A DNA stretch of 64,000 nucleotides, taken from a virus. Below, piece after piece: positions 9,130 through 19,047 of the stretch (positions within the stretch are counted from its first letter, which is position 1; each line of letters starts with the position of its first letter). The position numbers and the translations under genes were made by a program. The stretch spans positions 34,733-98,732 of IMG/VR virus record IMGVR_UViG_3300025018_000113; one strand, given 5' to 3'. A model generated the notes under the pieces. The model was not told the DNA's origin. It did not search any database and worked only from the letters and a program-made list of their open reading frames with translations.

Positions 9130-10656
9130 ATGAAAGGTGGAAATCTTATCACTGACAAGCATCATTTAGCGGCTGTCAGGGAACGACAAACAGCAATTGA
9201 CCAGTTCAAGAAATTGAAGCTGACTGAAAAACATTGGTTGCGTGACCAAATCATCAATCATTCCAGAATTGATTTGCTGATGAAAGAAGTTCTTGGTTAT
9301 GACAAGCTTCAAGACTTTCACATTCTAATGTACTATCACAGGGAAAGTTCATCAGTAAGAATTGAAGACCAGTTGTGGCACTTGGGACTTGCACCACGTG
9401 GTGGTGGTAAGTCAACAATTCTGACAATCAGTTCAATAATTTTGGATATTCTTCAAAACCCAAATATTAGAATTTTAATTGCTTCAAAAACTGACACAAA
9501 CGCAATTGGATTTTTGCGAGAAATAAAACAGAAACTTGAATCACCACGTTTCATTGAAGTCTTTGGTGATTACAAGGGTGGTCTTTGGAATGATAGTGAA
9601 ATAAATATTAAGCCAAGAACATCAACATCAAAAGAACCAACCGTTTCAACGGTTGGTTACACAGGGGCACTTGCTTCAAAACACTTTGACAAAATTTATG
9701 CTGATGACTTAGTTGATGAAGAAAATTCAAAAACAGAAGCACAACGTGAAAAACTTAGAACGTGGCTTTATAAAATTCTTCACCCAACACTTGAACCTGA
9801 TGGGACAATGAACGTCATTGGAACCCGTTATCATCCTGATGATATTTATGGAACCTTGATTGACACTGTTTTCACAGTAAAGAACAAAAAAGGTAAGGTA
9901 TTAAAAAAGAATTACATTAGAATTCCAGCGTTGATTCCAAAAAAGGGATGTAAAAGGTCAGCACCAGAACATAAAAGATTCGTTTCTTTCTGGCCTGACA
10001 AATTTAGTGTGAAATTCCTGTTGAAACTTAAAAAGCAACAGGGAACAATTATTTTTAATTCCCAAATGCAAAATGACGTTGAGGCCATGAAGGGTAAAAT
10101 CTTCAAAGTTGAATGGTTCAACTGGTTCAAGATGGAAGACGTTACTATCAGGGAACTTAAAATCTTTCAGGGTGTTGACCTTGCAATCAAGCAAGCTGAA
10201 AACGCTGACAAATTCGCACATTGCACAATTGGTGTTTGTCCTAAAACTTTTAATATTTATGTGCTAGAATATTACAACAGGGTGACCCATTACACACAAC
10301 AGAAGTCTGTTATTGGTGAAGCTTTCAGGAAGTATGACCCAATCAAAGTGGCCGTTGAAGCCAATGGTTACCAAAGGGCCTTACTTCAAGATATGCGTTC
10401 AGATAGTAAACTGGCCAATGTTCGTGCTGTTCCAGTGTTCACGGACACTGACAAGACAATGAGGGCCTGGAAATTGTCAGCTTACTTTGAACGGGGGCAA
10501 GTATTTTTGAAAGAAGGTATGCACGAACTTCAAGAACATTTGCTTGGTATGCCTGATGGACGTTATAAAGATTTATTCGATGCACTAGACATTGCGGTGA
10601 CAACAGCGTTCAATGGAAAGAAAAAAAGAAGAACAAGTGAACCAGGCGTGATGTAA
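9130..10656 (+). CDS. terL: terminase large subunit
   Basis: Walker A APRGGGKS, Walker B ADDLVD, GTRY, nuclease motifs GVDLA, VEAN, DLFDA. Confidence 0.92.
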   Translation: MKGGNLITDKHHLAAVRERQTAIDQFKKLKLTEKHWLRDQIINHSRIDLLMKEVLGYDKLQDFHILMYYHRESSSVRIEDQLWHLGLAPRGGGKSTILTISSIILDILQNPNIRILIASKTDTNAIGFLREIKQKLESPRFIEVFGDYKGGLWNDSEINIKPRTSTSKEPTVSTVGYTGALASKHFDKIYADDLVDEENSKTEAQREKLRTWLYKILHPTLEPDGTMNVIGTRYHPDDIYGTLIDTVFTVKNKKGKVLKKNYIRIPALIPKKGCKRSAPEHKRFVSFWPDKFSVKFLLKLKKQQGTIIFNSQMQNDVEAMKGKIFKVEWFNWFKMEDVTIRELKIFQGVDLAIKQAENADKFAHCTIGVCPKTFNIYVLEYYNRVTHYTQQKSVIGEAFRKYDPIKVAVEANGYQRALLQDMRSDSKLANVRAVPVFTDTDKTMRAWKLSAYFERGQVFLKEGMHELQEHLLGMPDGRYKDLFDALDIAVTTAFNGKKKRRTSEPGVM

Positions 10657-10671
10657 GGAAGGGAACAAAAT

Positions 10672-12552
10672 ATGGGAAAGAAAAGATTGATGAAACGTGG
10701 TGCCAGTAAAGTCATCACAGAAACAAGGTCAATTCCCGTTGAAGACAAGAATGGGAACAAATCAATTCTAAAAGCAACGGTGATTGGTATTGACCAGCGT
10801 AAAATTAGAAAGGAACAGTCAAGTGCCCTTTCAACTGAAACCAGTGTTGCTTTTGGAACCAACATCATAAAGCCACCACTTTCACAGGAAGAACTTTCAG
10901 TTCTTGCAGAATATTCAAGTGAACTTGGCCCCAACATTGATGCAATGGTAATTGGGATTGAAGGTTTTGGTGCTAAGATTGAACAGAAAAAACTTACACC
11001 AGCACAAATTGAAACACACAGTGAAAAAATTGTCCATGAAAAAAGATGGTTGGAAACAAACATTCTTGAAAACCCAAACCCTGATGGTTCATTAAGAAAA
11101 CTAAGAAAACAACTTTTGCGTGACAGGGAAACAACTGGGAACGCTTATCTTGAACTTATCCCAAGTTTGACTGGTTCAAAGTATGCAAGTTATAACAGAA
11201 TTGAACCTTCCACAATTTGGCTGACAAAAAGTGATGACAAGTTCACAAGATTTTCCCAGAAATATATTGATGAAAGCCTACACTTAAAAGACAAAACATT
11301 CCTGAAAAGATTTAGAAGATTTGTTCAGATTGTAGGAAAGAAAAAAGTTTATTTCAAAGAATTCCGTGACCCACGGCCTATTGATGCAAGAACAGGTGAA
11401 GTTTTGCGTTTACGTTCAAACGGTCAAGGTCAACAGGTTCCAGTTGATAAGGAAGGAAATGAAGTTCCTAAAAAGTGCCTTGCCCGTGAATTATATCATT
11501 TCAAAATTCCTACTTCCAGAAAGACACCTTATGGGATGCCACGTTTTACTGGAAATATTATTGCAATTAAAGGTTCACGTTCATCAGAAGAATCAAACAT
11601 TCTGACACAACAGAATAACAATGTTCCTTCAATGGCCATTCTTGTTTCTGGTGGTATGTTGACAGAAGGTTCAATTCAACGTGTTCAGGAATTCGTTGAC
11701 ACGTCAATCAAAGGTGATTTGAACTATTCAAAATTTCTTTTAATTGAAGGTGAATCAGCATCGGATGCACTTTCAGGTTCTTCTTCAATGAAGATTGACA
11801 TTCAACCGCTGACAAACAATCAGCACACTGATGCACTTTGGTCAGAGTACGACAAAAACAACAACACAAAAGTAAGACGTTCTTTCAGACATTCCCCAAT
11901 TCTTGTTGGACAGAATGAAGAAGCAAGCCGTGACACGGCCCAAGAAGCTGAAAGAATGTCTGAAAAATATGTTTACAACCCTGAACGTGAAGAACTTGAT
12001 GAAGAATGGAATAAGATTCTTGTTCAGCAAGGCGTGAGATTCCACAAATTAAAAACAAGTTCACCAAACGTCACAAATGATTCTGACCTTGTTGAAATCT
12101 TAAAGGGTGCTGAAAAAACTGGTGGTGTGACTCCAAGAATTGCACACATGATTTTGGGTGACATTCTAAACCGTGAACTTCCACCGCTTGTTGAAGATGA
12201 CCCAGACTTTTCACCTGACCTTCCTTTCAGTATTTCTGTTGGAAAGTTGGCCCGTGGAATGGCAAGAAGTAACCAAGAAGGGACACTTGCACCAACTGGA
12301 CAACAAGAAGGTGACAAGGGAATTGATAACAGAAATAAAATTTCACCTGGCCAAGAAGGTTACACTGATGACTTCACAAGGCGTGTGAACGATAGAATGG
12401 ATTTAGTTGATAAGCTTCATCACGAACTTGACCCACACAATACCATTGAACGTGAAGTTCTTGGTTGGATGGAAGAAGTTCTTGATGTTGAAGGCTTTGG
12501 TGTAAATAAAAAAGACTATTTCAAGCACGGAAAATGCAACCATGACCATTGA
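10672..12552 (+). CDS. portal protein (PBSX-like)
   Basis: Follows terL; TGNAYLE, YGMPR, NNNVPSMAILVSGG, RRSFR.SP..VG motifs. Confidence 0.88.
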   Translation: MGKKRLMKRGASKVITETRSIPVEDKNGNKSILKATVIGIDQRKIRKEQSSALSTETSVAFGTNIIKPPLSQEELSVLAEYSSELGPNIDAMVIGIEGFGAKIEQKKLTPAQIETHSEKIVHEKRWLETNILENPNPDGSLRKLRKQLLRDRETTGNAYLELIPSLTGSKYASYNRIEPSTIWLTKSDDKFTRFSQKYIDESLHLKDKTFLKRFRRFVQIVGKKKVYFKEFRDPRPIDARTGEVLRLRSNGQGQQVPVDKEGNEVPKKCLARELYHFKIPTSRKTPYGMPRFTGNIIAIKGSRSSEESNILTQQNNNVPSMAILVSGGMLTEGSIQRVQEFVDTSIKGDLNYSKFLLIEGESASDALSGSSSMKIDIQPLTNNQHTDALWSEYDKNNNTKVRRSFRHSPILVGQNEEASRDTAQEAERMSEKYVYNPEREELDEEWNKILVQQGVRFHKLKTSSPNVTNDSDLVEILKGAEKTGGVTPRIAHMILGDILNRELPPLVEDDPDFSPDLPFSISVGKLARGMARSNQEGTLAPTGQQEGDKGIDNRNKISPGQEGYTDDFTRRVNDRMDLVDKLHHELDPHNTIEREVLGWMEEVLDVEGFGVNKKDYFKHGKCNHDH

Positions 12553-12943
12553 AATTCCGTGCCTGACTGGTAAACAGACACAAGCGTTGATTGAAGCGGC
12601 TGAACAGGTGGCACTTAGATTCTGTTCACCAGTTTTCTTAGTTGGAAGTGCGGTTGAAAAGATTCATCCAAATGACATTGACATTTATGTTGCAGTAAAT
12701 GGACAAACTTATTTAAGACTGTTCACCAACTATGGAAGAAAAACAGAAAGTGAAAGTGACCATGTGAAGAACATGGATGATATGAAAATTCAGCAAGCAA
12801 AAATTTATAAAAAACAAAAAGATTACTTTGAGAGTAAAGTAAAAGCTTGGGATTTTGATATTAAGTTTCAAAATTTAGAACAGTTCTTGAAGCATGATGG
12901 AAAAAGAATAAGACTTGATTATATTTACTCAAACGTGTGGTAA
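12542..12943 (+). CDS. minimal Pol-beta-family nucleotidyltransferase
   Basis: VFLVGS...PNDIDI signature and a later third Asp (FDIKFQ). Confidence 0.7.
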   Translation: MTIEIPCLTGKQTQALIEAAEQVALRFCSPVFLVGSAVEKIHPNDIDIYVAVNGQTYLRLFTNYGRKTESESDHVKNMDDMKIQQAKIYKKQKDYFESKVKAWDFDIKFQNLEQFLKHDGKRIRLDYIYSNVW

Positions 12944-12946
12944 AAT

Positions 12947-14065
12947 ATGGTAAACGAAAAGTTTAAGCAAGCATTTATAAAACTTCCTTTTGAAAAGAAG
13001 GAGGCCGTTTTCAATATCCTTTCAGAGAAAGTGGAAAAGGCAAAAAACACAGCACTTCCAAAAATTGACAGGATAGAAAAGAACTTGGCCAGGGTGCTTG
13101 CTAAGAACTGGAATGAAACGTCAACTAAGGCAATCGAAAAAGCTTTGAAGACCTTTCCAGTTGATGGAAAACCTTTCACAAAAAAAGACAGTGATAAGCT
13201 TCTGGCATCACTTGAAAAATCTTATAAAGGTATTGAAAAGAAAACTTCTAAACGTGTTGAAGATGACATGGAAGAAGTTTATAAGCTGAATAAAATCGGC
13301 TTTGCAAAACAATTCAAACTGAACCCAAAAAAGAAAACAATGGATTTTGTTGGCCTAAAGTTTGACAAAATTTCAAAGTCAGTTGTTCCCTACATTATTG
13401 AAGTAAAATCTTTCACATGGTCAGAAGGTGTGGAAGAAATCATGAAGGCACCACCAGCATTTGGAATCAATGACCAGTATGCTTGGGAAAATTTGTCAAG
13501 GCTGGAAAACCTTGCCATTGGTGACCACTTTCCAGCTTCATTAAAACCAATCGTTGCAAACAAAATTAAAAAAGCCGTTTTAGATAAGGGTTTGAATCAC
13601 GCTGATGCAAGCGTTTACCTGAAACAAGAACTGACAAAGACACTTGGTGGGAACATTAAAGGTGCCCTTCCACAAAGCATTGCCACTGGTGAAGCTTCAA
13701 CATCAGCTTATTTTTCAGGGCTGACTTCAACCAATATGACATTCGCACGGAACTTTTCACAAGTTGAATTGATGCGTGAAGTTCAAATTGGCCAAGTTAT
13801 TTTTCAGGCAATTATTGACAACCTTACATCAGAAGTTTGTTCTTCAATGGATGGAAGGGTTTTCACAATCGAGCAGGCCGTTGAACACCGTCAAAAGGTT
13901 TTAGAAGTTGAAACCGTGGCTGAATTGAAAGAAATTTCCCCTTTTACTAGAAACTTAGATGGGTTTAATTTGAGTGACCCGAACATTCAAGATGCGCTTG
14001 CAAAGGCTGGTGTGATTATTCCACCATTGCATTTTCGATGTAGGTCAGAACTTCACCCAGCTTAA
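12947..14065 (+). CDS. head morphogenesis protein (MuF / SPP1 gp7-like)
   Basis: D..TS.VC..MDGRVF and terminal PPLHFRCRS. Confidence 0.88.
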   Translation: MVNEKFKQAFIKLPFEKKEAVFNILSEKVEKAKNTALPKIDRIEKNLARVLAKNWNETSTKAIEKALKTFPVDGKPFTKKDSDKLLASLEKSYKGIEKKTSKRVEDDMEEVYKLNKIGFAKQFKLNPKKKTMDFVGLKFDKISKSVVPYIIEVKSFTWSEGVEEIMKAPPAFGINDQYAWENLSRLENLAIGDHFPASLKPIVANKIKKAVLDKGLNHADASVYLKQELTKTLGGNIKGALPQSIATGEASTSAYFSGLTSTNMTFARNFSQVELMREVQIGQVIFQAIIDNLTSEVCSSMDGRVFTIEQAVEHRQKVLEVETVAELKEISPFTRNLDGFNLSDPNIQDALAKAGVIIPPLHFRCRSELHPA

Positions 14066-14121
14066 AATGATGCACATGGTTGATTGATTCAATCATGTAA
14101 TTGAAAATTTTTTACTTTCAT

Positions 14122-14140
14122 TGTATAACAAAGTATAACA
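14122..14140 (+). promoter_or_regulatory. tandem operator B (reverse orientation)
   Basis: TGTATAACAAAGTATAACA; TTGAAA lies 17 nt upstream of TATAAC. Confidence 0.65.
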
Positions 14141-14193
14141 TAATAGTAAAAGACACTTTTGAAGTCATATAGTTTTTAAGGAAGAAAGATTCC

Positions 14194-15666
14194 ATGACAA
14201 AAAAAATAATTAAGACAGTTGGTGAAGGTGGCGCACACGCACACAGAATTTCACCAAGAAAAATTGAAACCGAAAAAGATGGTTTGCATAAACACATTTT
14301 TTTCATTGGTGACAGACTGTTGATGACTGACTTGAGTGGGGCACACTTCCACCCTTTGAATCTTTCAGCGAATGAAGTCAAGGGTGAACCTGACAGACAT
14401 TCACACACCGTGACTGTCAGGACAGAACAAGGCCCTGTTCAATTGCAAGTTGTTGAAGGTGAAGGTCACACACATGAAATTCAAAGTGAAACAACAACAC
14501 TTTCAGGCGTTCACAGACACACACTGGACACTAATGGCCAGCGTTTTGTCAGTTTAATTCCTAGTGATTTGTTACAAGAAATAAATGATGCAAGCAAAAC
14601 TGTAAAAGGTTTTGAAAACTTCAAAGTTGAAGAATCAGCTGAACCGATGGAAGTTGATTTTGCATTAGTAAAAAAATTAAATCAAAGTCAGTTCAAAGAA
14701 ATACTTCAAAAAGCTGTTGAAACATCAATCATTAAAAGAATGGCAAGCCTTGGTTCTGGTTTAAGAATTGAAAGCTTGATTCTTTCAAAAGAAAGATTTG
14801 CTGATGTTGGCCTTGCCACACGGTTTGTTCTTGACCAAGGGCTTGATGTGAAATCATCACAAGTTCTAGGTGACCAAGGAATTTTCACGTTTCAGGTAAT
14901 GTCACGTGAATCATTTGAAGAAACAACACTTCAAAGAATAAGAATCACAGAAGGCGTTGATGCCATTATTGGGTTTCTTGCTGTGACTGAAACACCTAGT
15001 GTTGGAATGACCGCTGAAACGGTTGCTTCATCAGCAACAGGTGATTCATTGACTGATGTGGAACAAAAAAATGATGAAGACTTGATTTCAGGTCAAACGC
15101 ATGACACAATTATTGAATCACAAGGAAACGATGGAATGAAATCTTTGAAAGAAAAATTTCAAAAAACGGTTGGAATGTTCGATGAAGAACAGGAAGAAAC
15201 TGTTGAAACAGAAACTAAGAAGTCATTTCAAACGGCTTATGAAATCATTTCAAAGAATGAAGAAAAACGCCTTATCATGGGGCCTGTTCTTATTCCTGAC
15301 AATGTTGACTTACAAGATGACATTGTTTCAGCAAATGAAATTGAAAAGGCCGCACACGGTTACATGATTAAGTTGGCCTATCGTGATGATAAGGACTTCT
15401 TAAAATCACTTGGTTTTAGAAATGTTGACAAAGCTGGTGAACGTGGCTTTCAGCATATCGACTTTTCAAGAAAAATGGCCGTTGTCGAAACATTCATTGC
15501 CTCTGTTGACATGATTATTGAAGGAAGAAAAATTGTGAAGGGAACTTGGGTGATGACAATGAAAGTCTTTGATGATGAAGTTTGGAATCTTGTCAAGCTT
15601 GGGAAGATTACAGGTTTCAGCATTGGTGGCCATTCCAAATCAAGACCAGCAAACGTAAAATCATAA
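14194..15666 (+). CDS. XkdF-like prohead serine protease with N-terminal HxH repeats
   Basis: GPVLIPD..DLQDD, IEKAAH, GTWV, ITGFSIGG; six H-x-H repeats at the N-terminus. Confidence 0.8.
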   Translation: MTKKIIKTVGEGGAHAHRISPRKIETEKDGLHKHIFFIGDRLLMTDLSGAHFHPLNLSANEVKGEPDRHSHTVTVRTEQGPVQLQVVEGEGHTHEIQSETTTLSGVHRHTLDTNGQRFVSLIPSDLLQEINDASKTVKGFENFKVEESAEPMEVDFALVKKLNQSQFKEILQKAVETSIIKRMASLGSGLRIESLILSKERFADVGLATRFVLDQGLDVKSSQVLGDQGIFTFQVMSRESFEETTLQRIRITEGVDAIIGFLAVTETPSVGMTAETVASSATGDSLTDVEQKNDEDLISGQTHDTIIESQGNDGMKSLKEKFQKTVGMFDEEQEETVETETKKSFQTAYEIISKNEEKRLIMGPVLIPDNVDLQDDIVSANEIEKAAHGYMIKLAYRDDKDFLKSLGFRNVDKAGERGFQHIDFSRKMAVVETFIASVDMIIEGRKIVKGTWVMTMKVFDDEVWNLVKLGKITGFSIGGHSKSRPANVKS

Positions 15667-15684
15667 GAACCAAGGGAATAATTT

Positions 15685-16917
15685 ATGGGAAAGAAAATTC
15701 AGAAAACTAAGGTAAAGGAACTTTTCGATTTAGAAATTGATGAAGTTTCGGCCGTGGACAAACCAGCGATAGGTGAACAGTTTTACATTACTAAAAGTGT
15801 AAACAAAAAAAATAAGGGGGCAACAGTGTCAAAACCTGTGAAGAAATCGGTTGCCTGGAAACAGGTGATTTCAAAGGGTGTAAGTGACGAAAACACACAT
15901 TGTGTTTTTTGTGGAATTACACATGAAGAAGAAGCAAAAGAAATTGGGATGGGACTAATCAAAGGCGTTTGCTTTGATTGTGCTGTTGAACACGCTGAAA
16001 AAGGTGTGTTTGATGCTTGCATTGCTGGAACATTCGATGCTGAAACCTTCCAAAAAGAAAACCCGACTTTCCAGTTGAAACTTTCATTAAATAAATCGGA
16101 CGATGAAGAAGCATCAGAAGATGGTGAATCAGAAGACGAATCTTCAAGTGAAGACGAATCAGAAGAAGAATCATCAGAAGGTGACGAATCAGAAGAAGAA
16201 TCTTCACAATCTGCAAGTGAAGATGGGGAACAAGATGAAGATGGTCAGGAATCTGATGATTCTTCACTTGAAAAGAAAGTTTCTAAACTTGAAAAAAATA
16301 TTGAAGACGTTGGTGCAATGCTTGCCAGAAGTCTTGAACTTCATGACATGGCCGCGGCCGCGTTGAATGAAATTGTTGCCTTAACATTTGGCGCACTTGA
16401 TGGTGTGATGATGTTGATGGAACAAAACAAAGACGTTTCACAAAACGATTTATTTAGAGAAATAGTTGATAGCATCAAGTCTGAACGTGAAAAGGTCAGC
16501 AAGAAGGGTGCAAAAATTTCAACTTCCAGAATGGCCGTGTTGCGTGATATTGCAACCAAGCTGAACCAACTTATTGCATCGGTTGCTACTGATGAAATGA
16601 AAGGGGAACAGAAAACTAAGGCCGTTTCTGAAATTCAAAAGTCACTTGAAGAAATGAAGGAAGAATTGAAAGAAGAAATCAATTCATCTTCATCGAACTT
16701 GAAGGAAGACATTGAGGGGAAATTGAAAGATATGCAAGCCAAACTTGATGAACTTGAGCAATCAGGGGGTGCAAGCTATGGACTAGGTGAAGAAGACGAT
16801 GATGAAGAATCTGATGAAGAATCTTCTGAACAAGAAAAGACTTCAATTTTTTCCAGTGTGATTGGTCTTGATGAAATTTCAAAAACAATTGAAAAGAAAA
16901 GACGCAACCTGAAATAA
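15685..16917 (+). CDS. capsid scaffolding protein with an N-terminal protease fragment
   Basis: EIDEVSAVDKPA motif, CxxC pairs, acidic tracts, coiled coil; precedes the major capsid gene. Confidence 0.65.
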   Translation: MGKKIQKTKVKELFDLEIDEVSAVDKPAIGEQFYITKSVNKKNKGATVSKPVKKSVAWKQVISKGVSDENTHCVFCGITHEEEAKEIGMGLIKGVCFDCAVEHAEKGVFDACIAGTFDAETFQKENPTFQLKLSLNKSDDEEASEDGESEDESSSEDESEEESSEGDESEEESSQSASEDGEQDEDGQESDDSSLEKKVSKLEKNIEDVGAMLARSLELHDMAAAALNEIVALTFGALDGVMMLMEQNKDVSQNDLFREIVDSIKSEREKVSKKGAKISTSRMAVLRDIATKLNQLIASVATDEMKGEQKTKAVSEIQKSLEEMKEELKEEINSSSSNLKEDIEGKLKDMQAKLDELEQSGGASYGLGEEDDDEESDEESSEQEKTSIFSSVIGLDEISKTIEKKRRNLK

Positions 16918-16937
16918 AATTGGTTTTTTTGTGAAAC

Positions 16938-16957
16938 TTGTATAACATTGTAAAACA
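16938..16957 (+). promoter_or_regulatory. tandem operator B (reverse orientation)
   Basis: TTGTATAACATTGTAAAACA upstream of the major capsid gene. Confidence 0.6.
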
Positions 16958-16997
16958 AACTGAATAAACAAAACATTTGCAACAAAGGAAAAAGAAA

Positions 16998-18296
16998 ATG
17001 GGAAAGCAAACTGAAATGACTTCTGAACAAAAACTTGAAAAAGCATTGTCACGCATTGACGAACTTGAAGGGAAACTTTCAAAGTCAACAATGTCAAACG
17101 ATGAAATTCTTGAAAAAGCAACAATCACAACACAAGATATTGCGGCGGCTGGACGCTTGAATGACAAGCAAGCTGACCGTTTCATTGACTTTGTTATTGA
17201 TGTAACAGGTCTTAAAGACCGTGTACGTGTTGCACGTTTCAGAAACGACAAAATGGACATCGACAAAATCGGTGTTGGTAAACGTGTGGCCGTTGCTAAG
17301 AAAGAAGCAATTGACCCAGCTGTAAGACGTAAAGCAAACTTTTCTAAGGTTACTTTACAACCAGAAGAAGTCATGGTTCCTTGGGAACTTTCTGATGAAT
17401 TCGTTCTTGAAAACCTTGAAGGTGAAACTGTTGAAGACACAATCATGCGTCTTATGGCAACACAACTTTCAAATGACCTTGAAGAACTTTACATCCAAGG
17501 TGACAAACTGGGTGCAATTCGCTATGAATCTGAACTTATTGACGGTGGTTCAGCTTCACAAGTAATTGTGGACACATATTTGAAACTACAAAACGGCTGG
17601 TTGAAACTTGCTGGTGCTTCACACATCGTTGACCACAACGGTCAAAACGTGAACAATCAAATCTTTTCAGACATGATTGTTGAAATGCCTTCTAAGTTCA
17701 AACGTAACAAAAGAAACTTGAAGTTTTTTGCTTCTGATGTTACTGAACAGCTTTATAGAAACAACCTTTCAGCACGTGCAACAGGCCTTGGTGACCAAGC
17801 AACAACTTCTGACATGAATTTGATGCCTTTTGGAATCGAACTTGTTCCACTTGCACTTCTTCCACAAACTCCACTTATCACTGAACACGTGACCTTAAAC
17901 GGTACATCAGCGGTAAACTTGAAAAACAAAAACATTGTTTTAGCAAGTGAACTTGTTGTTGTTGCGGCCACAATTGATGCGGCCCCACTTACACCAGTGA
18001 CACCGTTTGTCGAAGGCGTTGATTACGATATGAACTATGCCAATGGGACAATTGCCCGTAATGGTGGCGGTTCTATCGTTGATGGAACAGAAGTGAAAAT
18101 TTCATACCTTTCACAATCACAAATGTGGTTGACTGAATTCAGAAACATGGTTCTTGGTATTGGCCGAGACATCAGAGTTGAAAAAGACAGAAACATTTTT
18201 GCTTCTGTTACTGAATTCGCAATCACAGCACGTGTTGCGTGTCAGATTGAAGAAACTGATGCTGTTGTTCTTGGAATCAACATCGGTTTGAACTAA
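16998..18296 (+). CDS. major capsid protein (HK97 fold, XkdG/P2-like) with an inserted domain
   Basis: GRLNDKQADRFID, ENLEG, NDLEELYIQGD, GWLK; highly biased codons. Confidence 0.9.
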   Translation: MGKQTEMTSEQKLEKALSRIDELEGKLSKSTMSNDEILEKATITTQDIAAAGRLNDKQADRFIDFVIDVTGLKDRVRVARFRNDKMDIDKIGVGKRVAVAKKEAIDPAVRRKANFSKVTLQPEEVMVPWELSDEFVLENLEGETVEDTIMRLMATQLSNDLEELYIQGDKLGAIRYESELIDGGSASQVIVDTYLKLQNGWLKLAGASHIVDHNGQNVNNQIFSDMIVEMPSKFKRNKRNLKFFASDVTEQLYRNNLSARATGLGDQATTSDMNLMPFGIELVPLALLPQTPLITEHVTLNGTSAVNLKNKNIVLASELVVVAATIDAAPLTPVTPFVEGVDYDMNYANGTIARNGGGSIVDGTEVKISYLSQSQMWLTEFRNMVLGIGRDIRVEKDRNIFASVTEFAITARVACQIEETDAVVLGINIGLN

Positions 18297-18311
18297 GTTT
18301 TTAAGCTAAAC

Positions 18312-18341
18312 GGGGCCAGGCTTAAATGGCCCCAAATTTTT
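18312..18341 (+). terminator. terminator after the capsid gene
   Basis: GGGGCCA...TGGCCCC hairpin then AAATTTTT. Confidence 0.55.
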
Positions 18342-18394
18342 AATAACTGAACAGGAAAAAACTGTCATATTTGGCAAAAACAAAGGAAGCACAA

Positions 18395-18652
18395 ATGTCA
18401 GAAAAATTAGTAAAAAGAGCAAAAGTAATTCTTAAAGGCGCAAAATCTTACAACGTGGGTGGACAAAGATTTGTTCAAAACATCCCAGTGATTGTAAAAG
18501 GTTCAATGGTTGATGAACTTAAACACAACGGTTATTTCAAGTTTACTGAAATGGAACCGAAAATTGTGGAAAAGAAATCTGATTCCAGTGAATCAGAAGA
18601 CGGTTCTAAGAAGAAGCTGAAAAAGAAAGGTTCAGGCAAAAAAGTAAAATAA
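18395..18652 (+). CDS. small basic head-associated protein
   Basis: Follows the capsid gene; AAGGAAG SD. Confidence 0.55.
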   Translation: MSEKLVKRAKVILKGAKSYNVGGQRFVQNIPVIVKGSMVDELKHNGYFKFTEMEPKIVEKKSDSSESEDGSKKKLKKKGSGKKVK

Positions 18653-18683
18653 AACTTAGGTTAAACTGATGGGGGAAACCAAC

Positions 18684-18995
18684 ATGAAAAAATTTTTGAT
18701 TGTTTATTACGGTGATGCCCCTGAGTGTGTAGAAGGGTTTCACAAAGATGCAAAGCGTTCCTGTAAAGGTGCTTTGCACGTGGCACCTGGCCGAAAATTG
18801 ACTGTGACAGAAGATGAACTTTCTCATTTGAAAGCGAATTATAAGCACATGATGCCAAAACTTAGAATTCTTTCAGAAAAGGTTGAAGGTGAAAAGAAAC
18901 CAGAACCAAAGAAGCAAGAACAAAAAGTTGAAGCAAAGGCCGATGGTGAAAAGAAACCAGCTTCACATGATGAAGGCAAAAAGAAAAAGAAATAA
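18684..18995 (+). CDS. hypothetical protein
   Basis: GGGGG SD; lysine-rich tail. Confidence 0.55.
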   Translation: MKKFLIVYYGDAPECVEGFHKDAKRSCKGALHVAPGRKLTVTEDELSHLKANYKHMMPKLRILSEKVEGEKKPEPKKQEQKVEAKADGEKKPASHDEGKKKKK

Positions 18996-19047
18996 CGGTT
19001 TGAAGTAAGTGTGAACCTTATTTGGCGGTGGCACAAAAGGACACAGG

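Noticed and set aside
15664-15684. Stop-codon readthrough fusing protease and scaffold
   Set aside because: Two in-frame TAA codons plus a dedicated RBS
16679-17446. 255-aa antisense ORF and many other short minus-strand or alternate-frame ORFs
   Set aside because: They shadow well-supported + strand genes with biased codons and lack RBS or motifs
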